A stretch of 63,251 nucleotides of DNA, the filler included, from Octopus bimaculoides (Eukaryota): NCBI RefSeq assembly GCF_001194135.2. It is 6 parts of 6 records of this genome, joined end to end, with 100 filler letters (N's around TTAATTAATTAA, not from the genome) between each part and the next. Parts side by side here need not be neighbours in the genome. Positions count along the whole stretch, not along the records: positions 1 to 14,008 come from NC_068990.1; 5 more parts are not named here. One strand, written 5' to 3'. Shown here in pieces: positions 1 to 10,710 of the stretch. Numbering within the stretch: position 1 is the stretch's first letter; the number at the start of each line of letters is the position of its first letter. The position numbers and the translations under genes were made by a program. The notes beneath the pieces were generated by a model. It saw nothing but the letters and a program-made list of their open reading frames with translations. It was not told where the DNA came from and made no database searches.

Positions 1-35
<35 letters not shown>

Positions 36-69
36 TGAAAACCTACATATAGTAAATATACAAACTAAT

Positions 70-295
70 CTTACTCTTTTACTTGTTTCAGTCATTTGAC
101 TGTGGCCATGCTGGAGCACTGCCTTTAGTCGAACAAATCGACCCCAGGTCTTATTCTTTGTAAGCCTAGCACTTATTTTATCAGTCTTTTTTGCCAAACT
201 GCTAACTTACGGGGATGTAAACACACCAACATTGGTTTTCAAGCAATGATAGAGGTACAAACACAGACACACAAACATATACATACATACATATA
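70..295 (-). mobile_element. SINE family S1, 3' half
   Basis: Reverse complement of the tail ...cttagcggttcggcaaaagagaccgatagaataagtactaggcttac...gctccagcatggccgcagtcaaatgactgaaacaagtaaaagag seen at 6180-6346 and 42190-42366. Confidence 0.85.
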
Positions 296-370
296 GGTGA
301 GGACAAATATCCATCAAATGTAAATAATGTAAATAATGTAGATAATTCCTCGTCTCTTAAATATAGAACT
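296..370 (+). mobile_element. 3' tail of hammerhead family A element (no ribozyme core)
   Basis: tgaggacaaatatccatcaaatgtaaataatgtaaataatgtagataattcctcgtctcttaaatatagaactg matches 26385-26458. Confidence 0.8.
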
Positions 371-395
371 GTGTAGAGTGAATGCTACAATTTAC

Positions 396-566
396 CTTTC
401 TTCTCCCTATTGTGTTCCAACAGGTTCCTGTCATTGTGAAGTGTAGTGGGAGACTCAACTCGGTACTGAGGTGTGGCCCCAAGAAGATCATTCAGGATAT
501 GAATGATTGTACTGATATTCCTCTTGGGTTTCCCATCTAAATCCTGCAATGAAGGATCCAGGGTAC
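396..566 (-). CDS. MIDN: Midnolin coding exon (second half of Catch2 region), phase 1-1, 171 nt
   Basis: Minus strand: acceptor ttttgtttccgtag|GT, donor GAAAG|gtaaat. Reads (G)TLDPSLQDLDGKPKRNISTIIHILNDLLGATPQYRVESPTTLHNDRNLLEHNREKK, matching the recalled vertebrate midnolin motif [35 protein letters not shown]. Confidence 0.92.
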
Positions 567-639
567 CTACGGAAACAAAAGAGAAACAAACATCATTGTT
601 GTAATTATAATTATCAATATGTTCTTTTCTACTCTAGGC

Positions 640-777
640 ACATCATCATCATCATCATCATCATCGTTTAACGCCCGCTTTCCATGCTAGCATGGGTTGG
701 ACGATTTGACTGAGGACTGGCGAACCAGATGGCTACACCAGACTCCAGTCTGATTTGGCAGAGTTTCTACAGCTGCA
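640..777 (-). mobile_element. Short interspersed element 3' end with (GAT)n tail (RTE-like tail by inference)
   Basis: Partly reverse-complementary to 7940-8075 (cagctgtagaaac..gccaratcarattggag..tggtg); ends in a (ATC)n run on the plus strand. Confidence 0.6.
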
Positions 778-1642
778 CAAGGTCTGAAATTTTGGGGGAG
801 GTGAACCAGTCCATGAGATCGACCCCNNNNNNNNNNNNNNNNNNNNNNNNNNNNNNNNNNNNNNNNNNNNNNNNNNNNNNNNNNNNNNNNNNNNNNNNNN
901 NNNNNNNNNNNNNNNNNNNNNNNNNNNNNNNNNNNNNNNNNNNNNNNNNNNNNNNNNNNNNNNNNNNNNNNNNNNNNNNNNNNNNNNNNNNNNNNNNNNN
1001 NNNNNNNNNNNNNNNNNNNNNNNNNNNNNNNNNNNNNNNNNNNNNNNNNNNNNNNNNNNNNNNNNNNNNNNNNNNNNNNNNNNNNNNNNNNNNNNNNNNN
1101 NNNNNNNNNNNNNNNNNNNNNNNNNNNNNNNNNNNNNNNNNNNNNNNNNNNNNNNNNNNNNNNNNNNNNNNNNNNNNNNNNNNNNNNNNNNNNNNNNNNN
1201 NNNNNNNNNNNNNNNNNNNNNNNNNNNNNNNNNNNNNNNNNNNNNNNNNNNNNNNNNNNNNNNNNNNNNNNNNNNNNNNNNNNNNNNNNNNNNNNNNNNN
1301 NNNNNNNNNNNNNNNNNNNNNNNNNNNNNNNNNNNNNNNNNNNNNNNNNNNNNNNNNNNNNNNNNNNNNNNNNNNNNNNNNNNNNNNNNNNNNNNNNNNN
1401 NNNNNNNNNNNNNNNNNNNNNNNNNNNNNNNNNNNNNNNNNNNNNNNNNNNNNNNNNNNNNNNNNNNNNNNNNNNNNNNNNNNNNNNNNNNNNNNNNNNN
1501 NNNNNNNNNNNNNNNNNNNNNNNNNNNNNNNNNNNNNNNNNNNNNNNNNNNNNNNNNNNNNNNNNNNNNNNNNNNNNNNNNNNNNNNNNNNNNNNNNNNN
1601 NNNNNNNNNNNNNNNNNNNNNNNNNNNNNNNNNNNNNNNNNN

Positions 1643-1891
1643 CAATATGTTGCATATTCTCAATGATGGCGCCAGAAATTGGTTCACTGCTACAGCTTTT
1701 GGCATTGTTCCCAGTGGCAGCTGGTGACGGGGTGACAGGTGATGGTTGGATGGGTGCGACAACTGATGATGGCTGGGCGACGGGTGAAGGGGTGCTCGGT
1801 GATGTGGCACTGGGCTTGCCCGGCGACACGATTGGAATACTTTGGTATTTCTCTGAGACTGGGAATGATGTGTCAGCAGACGTGGCTGTTG

Positions 1892-1926
<35 letters not shown>

Positions 1927-1970
1927 GCTGCTGCTGTTGCTGTTGCAGAGCTGCAATGATCTCCAGGAAC
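1643..1970 (-). CDS. MIDN: Midnolin coding exon (Ala/Thr and Pro/Ser linker into start of Catch2); 3' end lost in the N gap
   Basis: Acceptor actcgcaaacag|GTT at 1970 (phase 0, matches the upstream donor). Open frame VPGDHCSSATATAAAAATATAT...SEPISGAIIENMQHI. GAIIENMQH resembles midnolin GAVIESFVNH. Confidence 0.88.
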
Positions 1971-2126
1971 CTGTTTGCGAGTAAACAACAAACCTGGCGA
2001 TATAATAGCAGCAACAATAACAACAACAACAAAGAAAAAATAACAATGACAATAGGAATAAGGACAACAACAACAACAACAACAACAACAAGAGCAGTAG
2101 CAGCAACATTAACAATGACAACTTAC

Positions 2127-2390
2127 TCTGGGATGTGTCGACAGCTTGGAAAGTTCCCTTAATTTCTGTGAAAGATTGTGACCCAGTTCAGCAAGGGCCG
2201 TTGAGTTAAACACCGGCCCTACTGCAACGCTGCTTCCTTTGTCCTTAGTTTCTGCACTGCACTGCGCATGTTTAGTCTGACTGCGCTGTGTGCATGATGA
2301 CGTAGAGAGCTGCAGCTGCACAAACATCATGTGATCTCCGAGTTTCATGGCCAACAGGAGAGGAGCACGGCCTGACAGAAAGTCATTTAC
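2127..2390 (-). CDS. MIDN: Midnolin coding exon (Catch1 region), phase 0-0, 264 nt
   Basis: Acceptor tttctttctttttag|GTA, donor CCCAGA|gtaagt. Reads [30 protein letters not shown]...THPR; the recalled human sequence is [28 protein letters not shown]. Confidence 0.95.
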
Positions 2391-2420
2391 CTAAAAAGAA
2401 AGAAAATAAATAAATAAATG

Positions 2421-2486
<66 letters not shown>

Positions 2487-3466
2487 CAAACTATGCTGGA
2501 AGAATCCGGACATAGTCTTAATTGAGAAAGAAAACAAACTATGNNNNNNNNNNNNNNNNNNNNNNNNNNNNNNNNNNNNNNNNNNNNNNNNNNNNNNNNN
2601 NNNNNNNNNNNNNNNNNNNNNNNNNNNNNNNNNNNNNNNNNNNNNNNNNNNNNNNNNNNNNNNNNNNNNNNNNNNNNNNNNNNNNNNNNNNNNNNNNNNN
2701 NNNNNNNNNNNNNNNNNNNNNNNNNNNNNNNNNNNNNNNNNNNNNNNNNNNNNNNNNNNNNNNNNNNNNNNNNNNNNNNNNNNNNNNNNNNNNNNNNNNN
2801 NNNNNNNNNNNNNNNNNNNNNNNNNNNNNNNNNNNNNNNNNNNNNNNNNNNNNNNNNNNNNNNNNNNNNNNNNNNNNNNNNNNNNNNNNNNNNNNNNNNN
2901 NNNNNNNNNNNNNNNNNNNNNNNNNNNNNNNNNNNNNNNNNNNNNNNNNNNNNNNNNNNNNNNNNNNNNNNNNNNNNNNNNNNNNNNNNNNNNNNNNNNN
3001 NNNNNNNNNNNNNNNNNNNNNNNNNNNNNNNNNNNNNNNNNNNNNNNNNNNNNNNNNNNNNNNNNNNNNNNNNNNNNNNNNNNNNNNNNNNNNNNNNNNN
3101 NNNNNNNNNNNNNNNNNNNNNNNNNNNNNNNNNNNNNNNNNNNNNNNNNNNNNNNNNNNNNNNNNNNNNNNNNNNNNNNNNNNNNNNNNNNNNNNNNNNN
3201 NNNNNNNNNNNNNNNNNNNNNNNNNNNNNNNNNNNNNNNNNNNNNNNNNNNNNNNNNNNNNNNNNNNNNNNNNNNNNNNNNNNNNNNNNNNNNNNNNNNN
3301 NNNNNNNNNNNNNNNNNNNNNNNNNNNNNNNNNNNNNNNNNNNNNNNNNNNNNNNNNNNNNNNNNNNNNNNNNNNNNNNNNNNNNNNNNNNNNNNNNNNN
3401 NNNNNNNNNNNNNNNNNNNNNNNNNNNNNNNNNNNNNNNNNNNNNNNNNNNNNNNNNNNNNNNNNN

Positions 3467-3742
3467 NNGAAACATGGGTGTTTTGCTCAACACCCTTAAA
3501 CAACCCTTATTCAGGGACCTTTTGAGCGGGATAGGCTACTCGACCTAAAGAAAATTCTAACTGGGCCCCACCTGCAAGGTCATGCACTGTTTATCTTGAT
3601 ATGAGATCAACCTGTCGCGCACATAAGGTCGTGATATATGTGCCTGGTATACCCTTATCAGACGGGTAGTCATGATGGGTATACTGGGCTTCGTATATTT
3701 GTACCCCAATGTCACTTTGATGGCATGCACTGCTCACTCACT

Positions 3743-3746
<4 letters not shown>
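3467..3746 (+). repeat. Interspersed repeat ending in (AAT)n; second copy inverted at 14269-14665
   Basis: Shared blocks such as ccacctgcaaggtcatgc, ataccctt-atcagac, gtagtcatgatgggtata and gtcactttgatggcatgca. Both copies abut (AAT)n. Possibly a Dong/R4 3' UTR (inference). Confidence 0.65.
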
Positions 3747-3795
<49 letters not shown>

Positions 3796-4076
3796 GTTGA
3801 TTAAAATTTTGGCACAAGGCAAGGAATTTTGAGGGGAGGAGCTTTAGTCAATGCCTTAGATACTTGAATAGTACTTTATTTTATTGAGCCTGAAAATATT
3901 TCGATTCAGAATGCCAAGAGCAACACATCCTGACACTTTTCAATGGAAGCAGGTTATAACAACAGTGCATGTGTTTAATATGTGGTCTCAGTATGTCTCT
4001 ACCAAAACCAAATGATATTTAGAAATAACTAAAGAAAGAGAATAGATGAAGGAGGTAAGCATTTGAGAAATTGTAC

Positions 4077-4133
4077 CTGTGACTCTGAAAGGTTCTCAAG
4101 TGCCTGGATGACGCCAACATCTGTTCGATGGAA
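4077..4133 (-). CDS. MIDN: Midnolin coding exon, 57 nt, phase 0-0
   Basis: Acceptor ccatcttttcag|TTC, donor TCACAG|gtacaa. Reads FHRTDVGVIQALENLSESQ (recalled human RPEQSVMQALESLTETQ) and joins in frame to VNDFLSG. Confidence 0.9.
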
Positions 4134-4183
4134 CTGAAAAGATGGATAGAATAAAACACGATATTACTTATGTAGATAACATA

Positions 4184-4320
4184 GAATTGAATTCAGTTCT
4201 ATATTCAAGAGATGAGGAATTATTTACATTATTTACATTTGACAGATATTTGTCCTCATCGTGTTTGTTGTTAACACAACGTTTCGGCTGATATACCCTC
4301 CAGCCTTCCTCAGGTTTCTT
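4184..4320 (-). ncRNA. Hammerhead family A copy (minimal type I HHR-like core plus tail) inside a midnolin intron
   Basis: Minus strand aagaaac-CTGAGGA-a-GGCTG-gagggtatat-CAGCC-GAAAC-GTT-gtgtt. Downstream tail matches 26365-26458. Confidence 0.7.
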
Positions 4321-4439
4321 TTTAAAATGACATTGCAGGGTAGGAGTGAGAGGCTGGATCTGACCGGCTGAAACATTAAAACAGCAATTTGGGCCCAGAT
4401 GTGGCTGTTTGAAATTCTTAAAGGCTTAAAGACACTTAC

Positions 4440-4469
4440 CGTCATTCCACTTTCCATATTTGGGAACAG
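4440..4469 (-). CDS. MIDN: 3' end of a midnolin exon (end of ubiquitin-like domain); the rest is in the gap
   Basis: LFPNMESGMT followed by ACG|gtaagt, phase 0. Resembles recalled human LVPTVEAGLM at the end of the UBL domain. Confidence 0.78.
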
Positions 4470-5147
4470 NNNNNNNNNNNNNNNNNNNNNNNNNNNNNNN
4501 NNNNNNNNNNNNNNNNNNNNNNNNNNNNNNNNNNNNNNNNNNNNNNNNNNNNNNNNNNNNNNNNNNNNNNNNNNNNNNNNNNNNNNNNNNNNNNNNNNNN
4601 NNNNNNNNNNNNNNNNNNNNNNNNNNNNNNNNNNNNNNNNNNNNNNNNNNNNNNNNNNNNNNNNNNNNNNNNNNNNNNNNNNNNNNNNNNNNNNNNNNNN
4701 NNNNNNNNNNNNNNNNNNNNNNNNNNNNNNNNNNNNNNNNNNNNNNNNNNNNNNNNNNNNNNNNNNNNNNNNNNNNNNNNNNNNNNNNNNNNNNNNNNNN
4801 NNNNNNNNNNNNNNNNNNNNNNNNNNNNNNNNNNNNNNNNNNNNNNNNNNNNNNNNNNNNNNNNNNNNNNNNNNNNNNNNNNNNNNNNNNNNNNNNNNNN
4901 NNNNNNNNNNNNNNNNNNNNNNNNNNNNNNNNNNNNNNNNNNNNNNNNNNNNNNNNNNNNNNNNNNNNNNNNNNNNNNNNNNNNNNNNNNNNNNNNNNNN
5001 NNNNNNNNNNNNNNNNNNNNNNNNNNNNNNNNNNNNNNNNNNNNNNNNNNNNNNNNNNNNNNNNNNNNNNNNNNNNNNNNNNNNNNNNNNNNNNNNNNNN
5101 NNNNNNNNNNNNNNNNNNNNNNNNNGATGATGATGATAATAATAATG

Positions 5148-5200
<53 letters not shown>

Positions 5201-5916
5201 CCTTTCTACTGGAAGCACAAGGCCTCAGATTTGGGGGAAGGGATTAAGTCGATACATTGACCCCAGTACATAACTGGTATTAATTTAATCGATCCTGAAA
5301 GGATGAAGGGAATAATAATAAGAAGAACAACAATAATAATCCTTTCTACTATAGGCACAAGGATTGAGATTTGGGGGGAGGGGGTAAGTCAGTTACATCA
5401 CCACCACCCCACTTCCACCCCACCCCCAGTGCTTGGCTGGTACTTATTTTATCAACCAACATCAACACCGCCACATCCCTCAATATCATCATCATAGACA
5501 TTACCCCACCACCACCACCACCACCACCAACATAATCAAATATAATTTTTAATCTTGATTTCTTTTTTTTTTCTTTGTTTTCCATGTTGGCAGGAATTTC
5601 AATAAAACTTGTTTAAGCCTTGTTTTTACTTCATATCAATAAACTTTACACTTGTTTTCCAAATAAACTATTTATTTCTCTCTTCTTTCACATAATAAAA
5701 CTGCACAACAGGACGACAAGTTTTACAACAGACAACAACAACAACTGCATTGCCAATGGAGTAACATTGTTTTAGACTAAAAACCACAAAGAACATCAAG
5801 ACAGAAATGAAAAGCCATAGGACAAACACACACACACTCACACACGTGTAGATATACTCTCTTGAGTGCAGCCATGCTGGAGCACCGCCCTTAGTAAAAG
5901 TAAAAGAGTATACATA

Positions 5917-6091
5917 GGCGCAGGAGTGGCTGTGTGGTAAGTAGCTTGCTTACCAACCACATGATTTCAGGTTCAGTCCCACTGCGTGGCACCTTGGGCA
6001 AGTGTCTTCTACAATAGCCTCGGGCCTACCAAAGCCTTCTGAGTGGATTTGGTAGACGGAAACTGAAAGAAGCCCGTCGTATGTATGTATA

Positions 6092-6131
<40 letters not shown>

Positions 6132-6346
6132 TGTGTGTTTGTGTGTCTGTATTTGTCCCCCCAACATCGCTTGACAACCAATGCTGGTGTGTTTACGTTC
6201 CCGTAACTTAGCCGTTCGGCAAAAGAGACCGATAGAATAAGTACTAGGCTTACAAAGAATAAGTCCTGGTGTCGACTTGCTCGACTAAAGGCAGTGCTCC
6301 AGCATGGCCGCAGTCAAATGACTGAAACAAGTAAAAGAGTAAAAGA
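5917..6346 (+). mobile_element. Full-length tRNA-derived SINE family S1 (CORE-like middle, internal microsatellite)
   Basis: Head ggcgcaggagtggctgtgtggtaag...ggttcagtccc, then accttgggcaagtg (CORE-like), a (GT)n tract, and the tail ending gtaaaagagtaaaaga. Further near-full copies at 28603-29031, 41728-42366 and 49465-49868. Confidence 0.88.
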
Positions 6347-6390
6347 AGAATGCGAGAGAGAGGGGGCGGGTATCAAACAGCGAGATAGTA

Positions 6391-6723
6391 TAGGATGTTC
6401 AAAAAGTCTCTCCGCACTGAATTTTTTCATCCTGACTCTCCAAGAGTCAGACTGTCCAAGAGTCAGACTGTCCAAGAGTCAGGCTCTCTAAGAGTCAGAC
6501 TCTCCAAGAGTCAGACGCTCCAAGATGTATTTCAAAGCATGAGTAAAAGAGTCAACTTGTGCATTGAAAACGAAGGACGACACTTTCAACACTTCATATA
6601 ATAAAAGTTTTTTTGAAGTCTTGTAAAGTCTAATATATTCTTTTGAAGTGTTATACCATCTTATATATATACTTATTTTGCAATAAAGTACTTTACTGCG
6701 GAGAGACATTTTGAACACCCCTG
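6391..6723 (+). mobile_element. Internally deleted Tc1/mariner-superfamily element with an internal 16-bp tandem array
   Basis: Terminal inverted repeats ggatgttcaaaaagtctctccgca / tgcggagagacattttgaacacccc with flanking TA. Residual C-terminus QDVFQSMSKRVNLCIENEGRHFQHFI* resembles the RL..CI...G.HFEH end of these transposases. Confidence 0.75.
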
Positions 6724-7044
6724 TAGTCTGGTGTTGGCGTTGGTGATGATGGACAGTTGAAAACGTCGCTTCTATTCATCCACCCACGTTTCGTGTACGT
6801 GAGAGTGTGTGTGATGTACAGTTTTGATTTTAAATACTTCAACATGAAACAATGTGTTTGTGTTTAAAAAAACGCGCACACACACGTGCTAGGTGCGTAT
6901 GTTTATCTATACGAATGTGTATCTATGATGGAGCAGATAAGTACCTATATATACATATGTATATATATATATGTATCTATATGTACATGTAGATGAACGT
7001 ATATACATACACGTACATATATATGCATATACTCATATATTGTT

Positions 7045-7128
<84 letters not shown>

Positions 7129-7414
7129 GACAGAGAGAGAGACACAGAGAGAGAGAGCTATATAAACTAATTCACGTTTGCCTGACATCTTTATTATTCA
7201 TCAGAGCAGACGGATTAAACAAAGCAGTTGTTTATGACTGGTAATAAGCATTCGTGTCTTTCAATGAACGAACGACCTTAATAACATCTGTACGACAACA
7301 ACAACAACGACCTCCAGCACCACCGCCGCCACCATGACCAAACTGTAACAACTATCTTTAGCAGCAGACGTCTTCTAACTAGTGACTGAAACTAAGTTAT
7401 CTATTGTGAGGGCG

Positions 7415-7520
7415 CAGGGCAAAGGTAGCTTAGAGGTCAGGGTGCTGCACTTACGATAGCAACATCGTAGGTTCGATTCCCGGACCAGGGTGTTGTGTTG
7501 TCTTCTGGTGCGAAACGCTT
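7415..7520 (+). mobile_element. Diverged tRNA-derived SINE head (family S3-like)
   Basis: B box ggttcgattcc followed by ggaccagggtgttgtg, like the head at 54700-54781. Confidence 0.55.
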
Positions 7521-7544
7521 CTTCTAACTCCGTTCGGGGATCTT

Positions 7545-7720
7545 TCTGATTTGGCGGACACCATTTGTTTTCTAACGAAACACTTTCAAACTTAGGATAC
7601 TGGTAGAATGTGTCGTATAAAACATCTTTTTCTCTTAGCCTTATTAAGTAAAGTTTGTATATTCGAACTTATTTCATGTTAAAAGTTGTCGTATTTCGGT
7701 AATTTCAACCAATCACAGCA
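7545..7720. mobile_element. Non-autonomous DNA-element-like repeat (relatives near 22070-22450, 39340-39520, 40060-40270, 59055-59200)
   Basis: Shared strings actttcaaactt.g.atact, tattcgaa.ttatttcatg and gtaattt(t/c)arccaatca. TIRs not resolved. Confidence 0.4.
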
Positions 7721-7939
7721 GTAATTGTTTTCACCTCAATGACGAGAAATAATAACCTTCGGTTCTTTAGTAGTGCGACCCGCTTCTCGAAAAAGGTTAC
7801 CCAGATTCTGGACAGAACCTTTGATGCAATAACCCCCAGCATGGCTACAATCCAATGACTGAAACAAACACACAATAAAAGGGGACACACACACACACAC
7901 AATTATAAGTGATCGAAGCCAGGCTCGCTTAACTGGCTC

Positions 7940-8075
7940 CTGTGTCGGTGGCATGTAAAAAGCACCCACTACACTCTCGGAGTGGTTGGCATTAGGAAGG
8001 GCATCCAGCTGTAGAAACACTGCCAGATCAAATTGGAGCCTGGTGCAACCTCCTGGCTTTCCAGGCCTCAGTCAA
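7940..8075 (+). mobile_element. Interspersed element fragment, same family as 640-777
   Basis: ggtggcatgtaaaaagcacccactacactctcggagtggttggcattaggaagggcatccagctgtagaaac. Confidence 0.6.
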
Positions 8076-8753
8076 TTATTAAGATATTTTAAAAATTTAC
8101 CTATAAGGAAAGCCTTTATTTACGCTCTGACCGTTTGGTAAAAGCATTAATAACTTTTACCCTTTACTATAATTAATATATACATAGATATATACATATA
8201 TAGATACATGCGTGTGTGTGTAATTTTTCAGAGTGTATACATACTTTTGTGTGTTTGTGTGTGTGTATATACATTTATTTCTGCAATTTGCGTATGTGTA
8301 TAATGCAAGTATGTATGTATAATGTAGATTATGGATGTAAGTACAAACACAGCTGAAAACTAAAACTCTACCACGAAAGCACGTGTTCAACAGTTGCTGT
8401 TCATTCATAGTTTAGGTGGCGAGATAAATATAGGAGAGGGGAGGGTGAAGGAAGTAAGACGGTGGGAGGGAGAGAGAAGAAAAGAGAGAGAGAGAGGGCT
8501 TTACCAAATAAGGAGATATTCTCGCTGCGCTACACGTTGAGCTAACTAACGAGTAGAGTGAGATAGTGAAAGATAAAGGGTGTAATAGATACAAAGAAAG
8601 AGAAAGAGGAGGTACGCTAGGGGTGTGGATGTGTGTGGATGTGTGTGTGTGCGTGTGTTTACGACATTGTAAGCTTAGTGTTCATTCATGAAAATGAATA
8701 GCAAATGCGAACCTTTATTCAGTGCCTTACTACAGTATACACACACACACACA

Positions 8754-8787
<34 letters not shown>

Positions 8788-9157
8788 NNNNNNNNNNNNN
8801 NNNNNNNNNNNNNNNNNNNNNNNNNNNNNNNNNNNNNNNNNNNNNNNNNNNNNNNNNNNNNNNNNNNNNNNNNNNNNNNNNNNNNNNNNNNNNNNNNNNN
8901 NNNNNNNNNNNNNNNNNNNNNNNNNNNNNNNNNNNNNNNNNNNNNNNNNNNNNNNNNNNNNNNNNNNNNNNNNNNNNNNNNNNNNNNNNNNNNNNNNNNN
9001 NNNNNNNNNNNNNNNNNNNNNNNNNNNNNNNNNNNNNNNNNNNNNNNNNNNNNNNNNNNNNNNNNNNNNNNNNNNNNNNNNNNNNNNNNNNNNNNNNNNN
9101 NNNNNNNNNNNNNNNNNNNNNNNNNNNNNNNNNNNCGTATGTATGTATGTATACATC

Positions 9158-9288
<131 letters not shown>

Positions 9289-9599
9289 GTATATATAAAA
9301 CTTAGATATGTTTCGACCAAAAATTGGTCCAGGCCATGTCTAACTTAATAGCACCACCTGATAGGATTATCTAAATCCTTTTTACAGCCAAGTTTTTTTT
9401 ATGGTCCATATATATATCGAGAGAGATTAACTGTCTTTGACGTTCCAAAGTCCTTCATACATTTAGATAAGAGGTAAACGTGTAGGGAAAGCTTACATCC
9501 ATAAATACATACATACATACATACATACGTACATGTATGTATGTATGTATGTATGTATGTATATTTCCACACAAACTCTGATCCTTCGTCCGTTTTTTT

Positions 9600-9735
9600 C
9601 CTTTTTTCTCAACCCTCTTTCCCTTCTGATGAAAGACTAGCGTACAAAACGTTAAAGTTTCTTTCCTCTAATCGCTAAACACTATATTTGTCAAAACCTG
9701 TCCCTCCCGTTGTCGTTTTCTATTTGATTATTGCC
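9600..9735 (+). mobile_element. Degenerate relative of hammerhead family B
   Basis: cccttCTGATGAaagactagcgtacaAAACGTTaaag followed by a tail resembling 24343-24430; GAAA and stem II are damaged. Confidence 0.45.
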
Positions 9736-10095
9736 ATCGCAAACAAACCAATACACGTACCAGTGAAGAACTGGGGTCGATGTAATCGATTCCCCGCCCC
9801 CCATCAAAATTTCAGGCCTTGTGCCTATAGTAGAAAGGATTCGAACGAGTACATCTGCAACAATGCAATCGCCGCCACCACCATCAAACTACCATCACTA
9901 TAACGACTGTATACCTGTACCATCACCACCACCACCACCACCACCATCACCATTATCAAACTAGAATTACTATCACGACCACCACTACCACTGCTTCACC
10001 GCCAACGCCACAGACTACTACCACCCTTACTGCAACTAACACTTCCACCAGTGCAAGACATGGGATAGCAGCTAACGGGAACAACAACAGCGAGA

Positions 10096-10179
10096 ACATC
10101 AACAAAAACAACTGTAGTGGCAGAAACAACAACAAACACATCAACAAAAACAACTGTAGTGGCAGAAACAACAACAAAC
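10096..10179. repeat. Perfect 42-bp tandem duplication in a CAA-rich tract
   Basis: acatcaacaaaaacaactgtagtggcagaaacaacaacaaac x2. Confidence 0.9.
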
Positions 10180-10348
10180 ACATCAACAACAACAACAACA
10201 ACAACTGCTGTAGTAAAGATAGGAGTTATGGCTTAAAGTAAATAAAACTGGGGGGAAGAAGTTTCAGACAAAACAAACTTGTTTTTCTTGAAAATAAACA
10301 CAGCATCAACGTCTAAGAAGGGGGGAAGCACTTCAGCAGTGTTGTTGT

Positions 10349-10387
<39 letters not shown>

Positions 10388-10574
10388 AAATAATAATAAT
10401 AATAATAATAATAATAATTCTATTTGTTTCAGTCAGTTGACTGCGGCCGTACTGAAGCGCCGCCTTTCGTCGAGGAAATCGATTCCGGGATTTATTCTTT
10501 GGAAGCCCAGTATTTATTCTATCGCTCTCTTTTTGCCGGACCGCTAAGTTACGGTCAAAAGAAAAAAAAGCAGC

Positions 10575-10710
10575 GGGGCGATCTTCACGATGGATTCAGT
10601 TGACAAGCTGGATCCGTCCCACAAGCGACAGCAGGTGTTCGACATAAACCCACAAGTCAGCAATGCTCGGGCACTGGACGAGTGCATGCAGAACCGCCTC
10701 GTCGTCCTGC
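10575..10710 (-). mobile_element. Fragment of the Tx1/L1-like LINE found at 36893-39330
   Basis: cacgatggattcag...ggatccgtcc...cgacagcag.tgt.cgacata...aagtcagcaatgctcgggcactg aligns to 37390-37480. Confidence 0.75.

Noticed and set aside
1663-1984. Plus-strand ORFs 1663-1959 and 1739-1984
   Set aside because: Antisense shadows of the midnolin exon.
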